In this document: piece by piece, positions 15,103-28,571 of the stretch
How the letters are laid out: the number at the start of each line of letters is the position of its first letter
Position numbering within the stretch: the stretch's first letter is position 1
Assembly: GCF_009914755.1 (NCBI RefSeq)
Contig: NC_060925.1
Direction: 5' to 3' (one strand)
Length of the DNA: 64,000 nucleotides
Origin: the human T2T-CHM13v2.0 reference genome, Homo sapiens
Program-made: the position numbers and the translations under genes
The notes under the pieces: model-generated
Seen by the model: the letters and a program-made list of their open reading frames with translations, nothing else
Told to the model about the DNA's origin: nothing
The model's database searches: none

Positions 15103-15537
15103 GTGCTATAAGAGGAATTTGCATATCTTTACAGATTTGGCAGTGATCAAAGCAAAAGTCTGGGAAAGCTCTACAAGCAGAATTCTCCTTTGACTCCTTG
15201 AGGAGCCTTACCTTTCAGATTGAGAAAAGCTATAATATGATTTAAAATCCATCTGGCATTTGCTGTTAGATTGTGATTTTTGGTAACAGCAGACAGTGTC
15301 AGGTTTTATTTTATTTTCCTAGAATCAGGGTAGTCAAGAATATTTCGTTTACTCTAGCCAGTTCTTTTTCACATTTTGGCCCAAACTTTATTCCCAAAAC
15401 ATTATATCGGTACATATTTTAAAATCTAGCAAACACATGGGCATTTGTGAAGACCTTTTTTTTTTTTGTACAAAATGTGTTCTGAATTTTTGCTTGTACT
15501 GAAAAATACTTGAAATAAACACAGGAAGTTGTATACT
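15103..15537 (+). pseudogene. Probable 5'-truncated retrocopy of a transcript 3' end (source unknown) inside L1MA5
   Basis: Non-L1 sequence between near-identical direct repeats AAAAAATGTTCA (15091-15102) and AAAAAATGCTGA (15538-15549); AATAAA at 15514-15519 near its 3' end. Confidence 0.6.
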
Positions 15538-16269
15538 AAAAAATGCTGAACATCACTAATCATCAGGAAAATGCAAATCAAAACCAAAATGTCACTTCAC
15601 ACCTGTTAGAATGACTGTTAGCAAAAAGACAAAAGATAAGTGTCAATGAGGATGTGGAGAAAAGGGAACCCTTGCACGCTGTTGGTGGGAATATAAATTG
15701 GTACAACCATTATGGAAAACAGCATGGATGTTCCTAAAAAAATTAAAAATAGAACCACCATAGGATCCAGTAATCCCAATAATGGGTATATATCCAAAGG
15801 AAATGTAATCAGTATGTCAAAGAGATATTTTCATTCCCATGTTCATTGCAGTATTAATCACAATAGCCAGGATATGTCATCAACCTGAGTCCATCAGTGG
15901 ATGAATGGAAAAAGAAAATGTGAATACATAATGGAATACCATCCAGCCTTTAAAAAGTTAGAAATTCTGTCATATACATAAACATGAATGAACCTGGAAG
16001 ATGTTATATTCTGTGAAATAAACTAGGCACAGAAAGTCAAATACCACATGATCTGTTACGTGCAATCTAAAAAAGTTGAACTCATAGAAACAAAGTAAAA
16101 TGCTAACTACCAGAGGCTGGAGGCTGGAGGATTGGGAAGATGTTGGTCAAGGGACACAAAAATTTCACTTTTATAGGAGGAATAAGTTCAAGAGATCTAT
16201 TGTATATCATGGTAATTATACTTAATGATAATATATTGTATACTTGAACATTGCTAAGTGTATATTTGA

Positions 16270-16596
16270 TATTTACATATTGTCTATAGCCACTCTGGTG
16301 CTACCATGGCAGAGATAAATAGTCAGAAAGAGGTTATACGGCCCACAAAGCCTAAGATATTTACTGTCTGGCCCTTTACAGAAAACAACCTTGTGATACA
16401 CAATAATTAAAACAAATTTAAAAAATCAGGAAATGGCAGTACGTCATTTAGAAATATATATGTAAATACAAAAATCAGTTGTGTTTCTGTGCAGTAACAA
16501 GGAACTGTTTGACAAGAAATGAAGAAAACGATTCCATTTACAATAGCTACAAAAAATAGGAATAAATTTAAGCAAGGAAGTGAAAGATCTCTATAC
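16270..16596 (+). repeat. Local duplicate of 13189-13811 (without the Alu)
   Basis: Same MER58A / HAL1 / L1 junction order and sequence as the upstream copy. Confidence 0.92.
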
Positions 16597-16697
16597 AACA
16601 AAAAAATGATAAGTATATTAGGTAATGCGTGTGTTAAATAGCTTGATTTATCCACCTTACAGTGTATGCATATATCAAAACATCATGTTGTCTACGC

Positions 16698-16829
16698 ATT
16701 GGGTAAAGTGTACACTGCTTGGGTTATGGGTGCACCAAAATCTCTGAAATCACTGCTAAAGAACTTAATTCATATAACCAAAAACCACCTGTTCCCCAAA
16801 AACTATTGAAATAATAGTAATAAAAAAAA
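16698..16829 (+). mobile_element. L1PB 3' end fragment
   Basis: GGGTGCACCAAAATCTCTGAAATCACTGCTAAAGAAC...CCACCTGTTCCCCAAAAACTATTGAAATAA. Confidence 0.85.
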
Positions 16830-17033
16830 CTCACACCTGTAATCCTAGCACTTTGAAAGGCCAATGTGGTTGGATTGCTTGAGCTCAGAAGTTCGAGTCC
16901 ACCCTGGGCAACATGGCGAAACCTCATCTCTACAAAAAAAATACAAAAATTAGCTGGATGTGGAGGCGCGTGCCTGTGGTCCCAGCTACTTGGGGGGCTG
17001 AGGCGGGAGGATCCCTTGAGCCTGGGAGGCGGA
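16830..17033 (+). mobile_element. AluJ truncated at both ends
   Basis: Starts CTCACACCTGTAATCC, ends CCTGGGAGGCGGA. Confidence 0.88.
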
Positions 17034-19609
17034 AACTTACCTTATACACCATAATTTTAATTTTTACTTGTCAATTTAAAAAGAATTTAAGGAACAATGT
17101 TTGAAAATATGAGAAGAAATAGCTTAATAAATTGACAATGTTCACCTAAAATGAGTAAGAGTCTGAAGTGCAGAGGAATGGGACAGAATACTGCTGCTTT
17201 TCATTTAAGCCTAATAGTATAGTACTGTTTTAAAACCATATACATGTATTGCTTTAATACAATTTTTAAAAATTAAATTTAGAAAATTAAGAAAAGGTAG
17301 CTGTTAGAATTAGGCTTGTTGGTGTAGGGTTGCCATGTTACACTGATGCATAATTCACCAAATACTGTATTTAAAAATAAAGTATCAGAGATACCATGGA
17401 AAAATAAACATATGTTAAAAAAATACCAGTACCTTCAAACACCCTATTCCCTATAGTATCAATTTTTTATTATATGCTTTTTGATATAACTGTAATAGGT
17501 AATTGATGCAAATAACCTCCATCTCTTATTTTAGTATTATTAGTGGTTTCAAAACTTCATATAGCAACTTCTTTTTACCATAGCTGCTAATGAGAAGCAA
17601 AAAAGAAAAAAAATCAAACCAAAGAAAATTGATTTACTATCTTGTCACACTCTTTTGGTGATGGTAATAAACCAGAGGAGAAAAAAATTAAAGGAGTAGT
17701 GAATTGGCTCAAAGTGAATCAGACAAGTACTTCTGAGGGTCAATGAACCCTAAAACCTGATGGTAGATAATAAAATATTGCTGAATTTTGATTTACTATT
17801 AAGTATCTTTAATGTACTGTGTTTTGTATTCACCAAACAGAGTTATCTTTTCATATAATGCAAGATTTTTAAATGTAAAAACCATGGTTTATTTCGTTTT
17901 GTATTCTCTACAGGGTAGTGTTTGGACTCAGTAGGTGCCCAGTAAAGGCATGCTTTAATATGAATGGATTTTCACTACTGAGTAGCTTGTTCTGGTTGAT
18001 TTTCAAAAGAGTCTTAAATTTGTAAGTGAATAAAAAATTATATGAGTATTATGAGTGTTCAAACAAATGGAAGCATTTCTTTTCCCTGATTTCGCATAAT
18101 GTGTATGATTTGTGCTAAGTGATAATAAAGACCCTTCCGTTTTTCACTCTTGGAAGAGAAACCCTTATCTTCTCTACAAACAATTTCAGGTTGTTGTTGC
18201 TGTAAAACAAGCCCTGAGACCTGTTATCGACTCATTGTTATTTTTTCTATTTTCCACCATCCTGTGAGAGAACATCTTTTTAATGTGGTTTTATACAGTC
18301 TTCAGTGTGTCTCAGATATGGGTTTAGTAAATCTGTTAAGTACTTTTGTTTGTCTTCTGTTTTTTCTCTGAACAATACAGTTATGCAATTTCCTTTGTTA
18401 TTAAATGTCAGGATTATTTTCTTATTTATCAACCCTGTAGTTTTCAATCATTTCTGCCATGTTCTTTTTGGAAGACTGTTGATTGCTTTTTAGCTAAATG
18501 GTACCACAGCCAGAGAAAAAGTGGCTAAGATCTGATGACATTTGATGAATTGGTATGTCATTTGCAATTGTGTATTCTACCCAGTTCCCTATTTGAGAGA
18601 GGTGTTTTCTCCTGGAAGTGCTAGAGAAATTGTTATAGCATAATTCCTTAGAAAAATTATTCATAGTAATGTATCCGTGAGACACATCTAGACCAGGGAT
18701 ATCTCATGGAAATGATTGTCCTTTCTGAACAAGTGCCACATGTTTTTATTTGTAAACTTATTTTCTTCTCATCCTGGAAATAATGATATTAAAAACATTG
18801 TGTGACTAGTGATCTATGACTCTGATATACAAACAATGCCTATTTTATTGTTTCTGTATAATAAGCAAGTCCTGTTGTGTTCATTTAGCTAGAAATGAAA
18901 AAAAACCCAGCACACCTGCATTTTGCATTTAATTAATTTATGGTGGTGTGGTATTATACCGTCTTTTAAAAACTACTGGCAAATTTTAAATGTGCAGTGC
19001 ACTATATAAATAGGAATGAGAAGAGTCTATTCATGGCAAGGTAATTAGAGCATCTTTGGCTAGAATATCTCTGAGTAAAAATAGCTAGTCTCAATGTTGG
19101 AGTAAGGTAATTAAGTCCTGAAGAATAATGATGAAAACCTTTTGCTCAGATACCCTTTCTTCATTTAAGTTCAATGCCGTACATTCAAATAAAATCTGTG
19201 TAATCAAACTAGCCCATTAAGTACTACTGAGTGAGATAAATTGTAATACCTATTCTATATCCTTGCAAAAGGGAAATGCATGTTATCTAGAAACATAACA
19301 GCTTATAAATTAAAAACATTCATTTTTCTTCTCTTTTGTCTTATATCAACTTTTTGTATATTTATATACATAATCACCTAACTCCTACCTCCTCTTCTTT
19401 CTTCCTTCTTCCTCAGGTAATGTACAATAATACATTATAGTAACCAAAATCGAGATTGCTGGATTTTTTTTATGTTCTTAGCTCTCTGACAAAGAGAGCT
19501 TGCTTGCCCTTTTTCCCCCCAAATCTTAAATATAGGCATCTTTCAATGAGTTGTCTCAGTCCCATTTTTTCCCCCTGTAATCCATGCCTTGGTAAACCTT
19601 TATTCCTAC

Positions 19610-20385
19610 CACAACACTTTATGCAGTGATTCCCAAACATATATTCCTGGTCAAGTCTCTTGGACTCCAAAATTGTATTTCCAGCTGTTGCCTGGATTTC
19701 TATATTTGAAATGTAATGACATCTTAAACTAAATGACTTCAAAGTCAAGAATCATTCTCTAGTCCATCTAATCATCCCACCTCCTCTTCACACAGCCTTC
19801 ACTACCTCAGTTCATGACACCATCAGTCACTTTTGAACAACTTGCCGCATTTTACACATCCAACTAAAGTCATGTCCGTTCTACTTATGTAACATCATCA
19901 AATTCATCTCCTTCATTCTGTTCTCATTGCCCTTGCTGAGGTTGAGGCCCACATGTCCTCTTGCCAGGAGTATAGCAGTTGCTCTTGATCTTCACGTGCT
20001 GCTTCACCAGTCCATTCTACCCACAGTTCATAGATGTGCTTTCTTAAGAACTGGACTGGTAATGCCATTACTCTAAAAACTTCCACTGGACCTTCGCTGC
20101 CTCTTAATCTAAGACCAGAATTTTTAGCTTCATTTGCAAGGCCTGTCCCAGTTTAGCTCTTTAGCCTCCTTTTACATATATGCCATACTCTAGAAAAATG
20201 GAATGGATTTTTCCCCCTCAGATACGTTATGTTATTTTCCATCCATATGTCTTTTCATAATACGTAACCTTCATGAGGGCAATGATTTTCTTTTAATCTG
20301 TTTTGTTTACTGTTTTATCCGTAGCAAGTAAAACCTATATGTCACACGTAGCAGGTACTCAGTAAATATTTGCTGAATGAATAGG
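19610..20385 (+). mobile_element. L2 3' region
   Basis: GATTCCCAAACATATATTCC...; ends GTACTCAGTAAATATTTGCTGAATGAAT. Confidence 0.65.
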
Positions 20386-21469
20386 TAAGTAAATGGATAG
20401 AAGAAGAATTGGAAGATACATTTCATGAGACTCACCTATTCCTTTCTGACTTTGGGTTCTGAGCAAGAGTCCTGTATCTTCTCAGTAAGTTTTCTTTGTT
20501 TATGCTAACTTAAGTGAATTATATTACTTCTAATCTAATGATACTTTACTGAGACAGCATAAAAAAGTTAGAATGGCAACTTGGATAGAGGGACTTGGTT
20601 TAGAGACCTGTTTCATTTTGAAAAGGTTTCTCTCAGCTTTGCTTTGTCATTTACATAGTATAAATGAACAAAACCCCACTCAAAGGTCAGATATCCCACA
20701 ACCCAAACATGTACTGAAGGAAGAAACATCCTGCTTTAAATGGAACAACAATACTATGTTTTTGGCTGCATGTAACAAAGAAATTTAATAAGAGAGTCAT
20801 GTATTAATTACAGACATATTTATCCTAAGATACTAATTTATATACTAATTAGTTGATTTTCAAGGCAAACTAATTTGGTTGTTTTTCAGGCCACAATAAA
20901 ACTATCCCCAATATTTTGTATCCACATTCATTTTCTTAATAAATGACCAAAACTTTAGGCAAGAAGCAAAAGCAGAATCATGATGAAAATGTGATGTCAA
21001 AACTTTGAAGTTTTAACTACTAGTTATGTTTCTTAAGGAATCAAGACCTGAGATGGGGGACTCCAGATTCATAACCTGATAAAGTATTTTCAGGTTTGAA
21101 TAGATGTTTGAAACACCTTTAAAAGCCAACTACATAGCTTCAGTTATGTGGAAGAATGTGATAGATAAAGGACAGCTTAGATTTTAAAAACAAAGTCAAG
21201 AAATAAATGTGTTTATAAGGTACATAAGGCTACAGATTAAGAAGGATGAGACCTGTTTCTTTACCAACCAAACACTTATGCAGAGATATATGTTTTCAGT
21301 GAAACATAGGTGCTGATAAATATGCAATTTTCTTTGGTTATAAAAGATTCTAAGGCTCATAGGTATTGCTGAATGTTTATAATTAAGTAAGCTTACTCTA
21401 AGAAGCATGAATTTAGAACACAAGAAACTAAAATAAATTAAGCCATAATTTCTGCCTAAGAGAAATTAA

Positions 21470-21919
<450 letters not shown>

Positions 21920-21967
21920 TAGCATGTAATTTTCTTACATATTGTGAAGTGTTTTAGATGATTTTTT

Positions 21968-22097
21968 CCAATCTTTTATTTATTTAATATTTTGCTTGAT
22001 AAAGTATAATTGTACATATTCATGGGGGTACATAATGATAGTTTGATCCACATAATGTATAGTGATCAGGGTAATTAACATATCCATTGTCTCAAAC
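21968..22097 (-). mobile_element. Short L1MA 3' end insertion
   Basis: AATTGTACATATTCATGGGGGTACA motif; TSD TAGATGATTTTT (21955 / 22098). Confidence 0.75.
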
Positions 22098-23304
22098 TAG
22101 ATGATTTTTAATGAATAATAAACTGATCTTATTTCTAACTAGTTAGGAAAAACAAAGAATTCTTCATTATATTTATGCACAACACAAGGGTACTTATGAG
22201 AAGATAACACTTACCATCTGGGACACAACATTTCTACCCTAGTATTCTATTCATGGTGATAGCTAATAACTGACACTATTCTCAGGGACAGTAGCAGTGG
22301 TAGTATTGCCACTATTATAGCCCCTACTCTAGTCACTGCCTTCCAGCAAACATGTTCTTGTTATATATTTTCCAATTAACACTTACATAATGTCTGAAAT
22401 GTATGGTGGTAGGTGTTTTAGCCTGTTTTACTTCAAAATAGGAACGTAAGGAAGATAAACATATACATAAGAAGTGAGTGTTTAAGCCCATACTAAAATT
22501 TACATGTTATACTTTAGCACAACACCTTCTTCGAAGTAAAGGGGACAACTGAAATGTATCATCTTGCCATGTATAAAAAGGCATGTTTCAAAGCATAATG
22601 ACCACACTGTAAGCCTTCACTCTTTCTCTAATCTTCTTTAAATTTGCACATGGGTAACAGGTCAGACATTCAGAATAGTGTAGCCAGGTAAATCAGAATT
22701 TTCATTATCTGGATTTGTATGCCTCACTGGGTGCACTGGGGGAGGCCTCTATGACAAGCATGTTAAATGTGTACTTTTCTGGAGCCCAAAATGCTGAAGA
22801 CATTGCTTTAGCCTAGGTAATTCTTCTCAGAGAAGAATAATTATTTACACATGTACACATACAAAATTATATATGCTGTTCAATATATGTTTTAAATAAA
22901 GAGATATACATACAAATTTTCTAGCTCTTGCTTACATTTTTCATCTATAGTGCTGTAATGCAATGAAATTAAGCCTCTCTGGTAACTGCAGTTCTCCCTG
23001 AGAATAAGTTTCTGTTATAGTACCATTATGCTAGAGGGTCCCACATATGCCTGAAGGAAATACTTTATGACAGTTGTTAATATTATAGCCAAATGATGCT
23101 TTTATTCCAATTTAATCATTCATAAAAGGCACAAATAGCACCTAGTAAGTACTTTCGTTTATATTTTCCCGTGCTTTTAAAATGTTGATTCTATAGCATC
23201 ACTCAATATTAATATAATTTTAAGTATTATTTACTTGTATTTGGTTTGAAATATAATGTCTGCCACTTAATGGATTATTTACTACCTGAAAAAATAAACT
23301 TTGA

Positions 23305-23622
23305 GGCCAGATGCAGTAGCTCACGCCTGTAATTTTAGCACTTTGGGAGAATAAAATTGCTGAGGCAGGAGGAACGCTTGAGGCTAGGAGATTGAGACCA
23401 GCTGGGGCAACATAGTGACACCCTGTCTCTACAAAAATTAAAATAAAAAAAAATAGCCAGGCTTGGTGATACATGCCTGTAGTCCAGTTACTCCAGAGGC
23501 TGAGGTAGAAAGATCACTTGAGCCCAAGAGGTTGAGGCTGCAGTGAGCCATGATCACACCACTGCACTACAGCCTAGGCAACAGAGCAAGACATTATACC
23601 CCCAAAAATAAATAAATAAAAT
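23305..23622 (+). mobile_element. AluJo
   Basis: Dimer; TSD AAATAAA(C/A)TTTGAG. Confidence 0.9.
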
Positions 23623-24029
23623 TTGAGCCTAGTAGTTGTTGTCATTTGCCACTTTTCTAGACTAAATCATTATTATAAGCTATACCATATTACTGACATG
23701 TTTTGATTAATGTAACAAATGCTTTTCCAGCTTAACATTTTTCACAGCTTATTTTGATATGGAATTTCTCTTAATGTTATAGTAACATCTAAAAATAGTT
23801 TTATTTAGATAAATTTCTTTAAAATGTATAGTACAAATAACATCTTTGTTAGATCTGTAACTAAGAGGCAATAAATTTGAAGCACACTCCATATGAGAAA
23901 TTGTAAAGCCAAACTAACAAAATCGTGATTACTTTGGGATGACACAGTGTCATGAAAGTCAAGAGGAGAGTATCATGAAGACTGAAAAGTGATAGCACTG
24001 AATGCTGCTGTTCTTTTAAAGATGAAGGT

Positions 24030-24258
24030 TCAGCTATCAGAGCAGGAACCTAAGGGCAAAATCTGAAATTAATAAATCAAGAAATAGCAATATAAGCATA
24101 TGGCTATTTAGGAATAATTATTACTATTAGATAAGAAGTTGCTTCTGGAAAGAGGACTCATGACAACAATGGAATCATGGGCTGTTTTGTGATACTGGAT
24201 TTTTAAATCATGAAGCATGTGTTATATTTTAAGCCAAAAAAAAAAAAAAAAAAAAAAA
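24030..24258 (+). mobile_element. HAL1-type 3' fragment ending in an A-run
   Basis: AAATCAAGAAATAGCAATATAAGCATAT motif, similar to the HAL1 piece at ~13320. Confidence 0.5.
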
Positions 24259-24819
24259 ACTGGGGAGGGATCTTCGTGTTGGTAGGATTCGTTTTCCACC
24301 TTTAAAAATTTAGGTAAGGAAAGTGGGATAGAAGCCAGACTTTAAGGAGACAAGAAATGGAAAGGAAGTAGAACAGCAGCCATAGACTAGTTCCTCAAGA
24401 AGCTTGACCTGAAAGAGTTATGTATCAGTTAAAGACCATGAGATAGAGGAGGGTAATCTGCTGTAAGTTATAACTTACACAGTTTGCTGATTTTTATCAT
24501 GAATTAAAAATATGTACTTGTTTAAACGTTGCACTGCCATTTACCATTTGCTAAGTAGATGCATAAGAACATTGAGGCCAAAATTACAGTCCCAGGAGCC
24601 TCAGTTTCACTGTGGAGTTTTCCCTCAGCAAATGTTTGCTTTTGCTTGTCCTTTTTTCTTAGCTAACCTTGGTTTCTAGATCAAGATGATTTTCCTTCTT
24701 TGTTTTCACACAGCATATTCAATTGCACCACACTCTTTTTAATCACAATTCTTTCTGATGGGTTTTTGATTGGATCCAAATTTGCAGGCTGGGCCCTGAG
24801 AATCTAATTCAGTCTGTTG

Positions 24820-25040
24820 CAGTACTTCTCAATCATTTTAGTCTTAGAACTGCTTTATATGCTTAAAAATTATTGAGGGCCCTGATAATTTTTGTTTTTG
24901 TAGGTTTTGTCTTTTGACATTTTCCATATTAGAAGTCAAACCTAAGAAATTTTAAAAATGTTCTTTATTTAAAATAACATTATTCATCCCATTATATATT
25001 AATATAACATTTTTCTGAAAAAGTTACTATTTTCCAGTAT
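24820..25040 (+). mobile_element. hAT-Charlie DNA transposon fragment
   Basis: CAGTACTTCTCAA terminus and CTTAAAAATTATTGAGGGCCC. Confidence 0.6.
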
Positions 25041-25085
25041 CAAATAATTGAAGAAGAGTGTATATTTTTTCCAATTAAAAAAATT

Positions 25086-25185
25086 CTCTTAGCAATTTTC
25101 AATGCGTTGTTATTTACTATAGTCATGATTTTGTACAACAGATCTCTTGAATTTACTCCAACTGAAATTTTGTATCCTATGAAGT
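25086..25185 (-). mobile_element. L1MA 3'UTR fragment
   Basis: CTCTTAGCAATTTTCAA...TGTACAACAGATCTCTTGAATTTA. Confidence 0.65.
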
Positions 25186-26104
25186 AGTTACTATAATTAC
25201 AGATAATCAGGAAAATTGACAAATATTAAGAACAACTCTCATTCATTCAAAATATCCACCACTTTTGGGAAGTAAAATTATCTGCTCTTGTAATAAAATT
25301 AGATAAAATCTTAAAATCAATTAGATAGTACTTGAGCTATTACAGCTTTGAAAATGTGTGTCCCTGTGTTTGTGCATGCACACACACTGAAGTATAATTT
25401 ATTCAGAAACAGGGCTTGTTCCCACTTGGCAGGAGTGTTGATTTTCTAGCTTATCTGCAGTTTGAGGTAATAAGTCTAACAAGTTTTGGGAGATCTTAAG
25501 TATTATACTGTAGTTTGAAGACTGATTTGTTACATTTGCAAATTGGTTGGTTTCCACATACAGACCTTAATACACCTACCTGTGTTAGTTACTTTCTAAA
25601 TGTTTGTTATTGCTACAACCATACTTACGTGTTTCATTGAATTACAAGTTCCTTAAGAACAGTGATGGTATTTTAAAAATCAGGAGTAGCCCACCATGAC
25701 TAGGTATATGGTATTGAAGTGCTCTCTGCATATTTACTGACCCATAGTTGGTAGATAAGGGTTACTATAAATAGAAATAGTCCGCCTTATTGCCGATAAT
25801 GGTGGTAAAGGCATAACTCTGGAAATTATTTTTATTTTTAAAATAAAAATGATAGAATGAGCACTCTATCTTAAGTTGGGTCCTACTATGATATTTGTAA
25901 CTTAGATCACTTGGAGACATTTCTTAGGTACCGGCTAATTATTTGTTAATCAAAATAGGAGCCAAGCTTCTAATAGAAGTGTGTAAAAAACAGTAATAAT
26001 GATAGTTCCTGGAAAATCACTTGCAAATATTCAACTGCAAAATAAACTTAAGAACTTTTATTAACAATATAGATTATTATGAAAGTCAAGGGATGAAAAC
26101 TGAA

Positions 26105-26109
<5 letters not shown>

Positions 26110-26153
<44 letters not shown>
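26110..26153. repeat. (CA)n microsatellite at an Alu tail
   Basis: Direct observation. Confidence 0.97.
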
Positions 26154-26154
<1 letters not shown>

Positions 26155-26156
<2 letters not shown>

Positions 26157-26505
26157 TTGAGATAGGGTCTCGCTCTGTCACCCAGACTAGAGTGCAGAGT
26201 GGCACAATCACAGCTCACTGCGGCCTCGACCTCCTGGGCTCAAGTGATCCTCCTCCCTCAGCTTCCTGAGTAGCTGGGACTATAGGCATATGCCAAATAC
26301 ATCTATACATGTAATTTCCAGAGTTATCCCTTTACTACAATTCTCACCAAAAAATACAAAAATGCGACTAATTTTTGAATTTTTTGTAGAGATGGGGGTC
26401 TTCCTATGTTGTCTAGGCTGGTCTTGAACTCATGGCTTCAAGTGATCCTCTCTCCTTGGCCTCCCAATGTGCTGGTATTACAGGTGTGAGCCACCATGTC
26501 TGGCC
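26155..26505 (-). mobile_element. AluJ with ~70-bp internal insertion
   Basis: J-type dimer interrupted at 26296-26365. Confidence 0.9.
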
Positions 26506-26609
26506 CTGTCTTTTTCAATATTAATTTGAAGAACATCCTTGAATCAATGACTATTACTTGAATATAAAGGCCAAATTTAGAGTTTATCAAGACTCAATAG
26601 ATAATTACA

Positions 26610-26967
<358 letters not shown>

Positions 26968-28024
26968 TTATTGATGCTTTGAAACGTATGTTGTTAATAT
27001 AGTCCTGTATTCAAGTGTTAGCACACAATTATTTTAAAATGTGGAGCTCATCAATTATTCCAAAGAGAAACTTGTTATAAAGTCCCTAAAATTTCACTAA
27101 GGGGAAAAGCTCAGATACAGACGTGAATAATATTTCACTAAGATATAAGATTATTAGCATGAATGAGATATTATGGGGATGCAATGTAACTTAACCATAT
27201 GTTATTAAAAGTGTTTTTATTACATTGATGAGTTATACATTCATGGGAAGTATTTATTTCATATGTTTTGTAGGGAGAAATTTAAAAGGATTTGGTTAAA
27301 TCATTTTGAGGACATAATTTGAGAGAAACATACCTTTTGCAATATTTTTATATCCCTGAAAATTTTTTGTTAAAAGACTCCATCTTTAAGAGAGCTAGAG
27401 ATTCTCTCCTGGAAAGTGACTAGACCAGTGATAAAACATTATAGATCTGGAGTGAACAAATTATATCACTGCAGTTCTAGGGGGGCTATTGATATAATTT
27501 CTAGAAAGGGAAGTTTAAAAAATGCCTGTATCCATAGAAGTAGATTCTGTAGAAATACACTGTAGAAGTACCTGTTAAACTTCTCCCTTCCTTATTATGA
27601 GGTAAAAAAATCAACTATAGCTATTGAATGTAAATGCTATTTGATTATAGTAGACTCTTCCAGATGTACCCCATTCTACTCAGTACATCTGTTTCTTTCA
27701 CTAAGCAATGTGTTCCACTCCTGAAGAATGTTTGTCTTTAATGTATCACATTGAAATTCCTTCTTATTATTTTATACCTTTACACAGTTGATATTGTTTT
27801 GGTTGTTATTTTGCATTGACATAGTTCTTTATATTTTCAGTGACATCGTTCTTTATATATGCTTGTTAACATTTGGCAGTTAAGCATATTACTAAGTTTC
27901 TTTTTAATGTTTTTAAAGCTAGTTAAGAGTTTTAGGAAAAATATTTTCTGGTGTCAATGGATACAGAAGGTTAAATCATTTGTCTTTGTCTTGAAAGACT
28001 TAATCAGAATTGATATCATTATAT

Positions 28025-28245
28025 CAGTGGTTTTCAACCATGGTCGTACATTAAAATCGCCTAAGGGAAGTTAAAAGCAAACAAAAATGCGCATTAAAAA
28101 ATGAAAACCAGAAAACAATGCCAGGACCTGAGATTCTGGTCATCTGAGATTCTGATTTAAGTTGTCTGGGACAAGGTCCAGGCAAGAGTATGTTTAAATT
28201 ACTGCCCAGGTGTTTCTGATATGTGACCAGGTTTGACAGTCACAG
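28025..28245 (+). mobile_element. MER5A-type (hAT-Charlie)
   Basis: CAGTGGTTTTCAAC start; GAGATTCTGATTTAA...CCCAGGTGTTTCTGAT. Confidence 0.75.
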
Positions 28246-28262
28246 GATTGAACTATCCGTAT

Positions 28263-28571
28263 AAAGCCTCCCTCAGTATCTAGGGGGGATTGGTTTCAGG
28301 ACGCCCACAGACGCCAACCTCCAGGATGCTCAAGTCTCTTATATTAAATGGTGTAGTATTAACATGTAATCTACACACATCCTCCTGTATACTTTAAATT
28401 ATCTCCAGATTGCCTATAATACCTAATACATTGTAAATGCTATTTAAATAGCTATTAAGTGTATTTTTGTTTGTATTTTTATTGCTGTATTGTTATTTTT
28501 TTCCTGAATATTTTCAATCACTGGTTGATTGAATTTGCAGATGCAGAACCTATGGATTGGAGGGTAGATTA
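28263..28571 (+). mobile_element. MER2 (TcMar-Tigger)
   Basis: GGGGGATTGGTTTCAGGAC...GGATGCTCAAGTC...GCAGATGCAGAACC. Confidence 0.85.

Larger units (their letters stand above)
13670..17080 (+). mobile_element. 5'-truncated L1MA5-type LINE (ORF2 3' half and 3'UTR) with nested insertions
   Basis: ORF2-like translation (e.g. LNVKPETVKLLE, 14633-14860); 3'UTR AGGAGGAATAAGTTCAAGAGATCTATTGTA...ATGATAAGTATATTAGGTAATGC. Confidence 0.85.
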
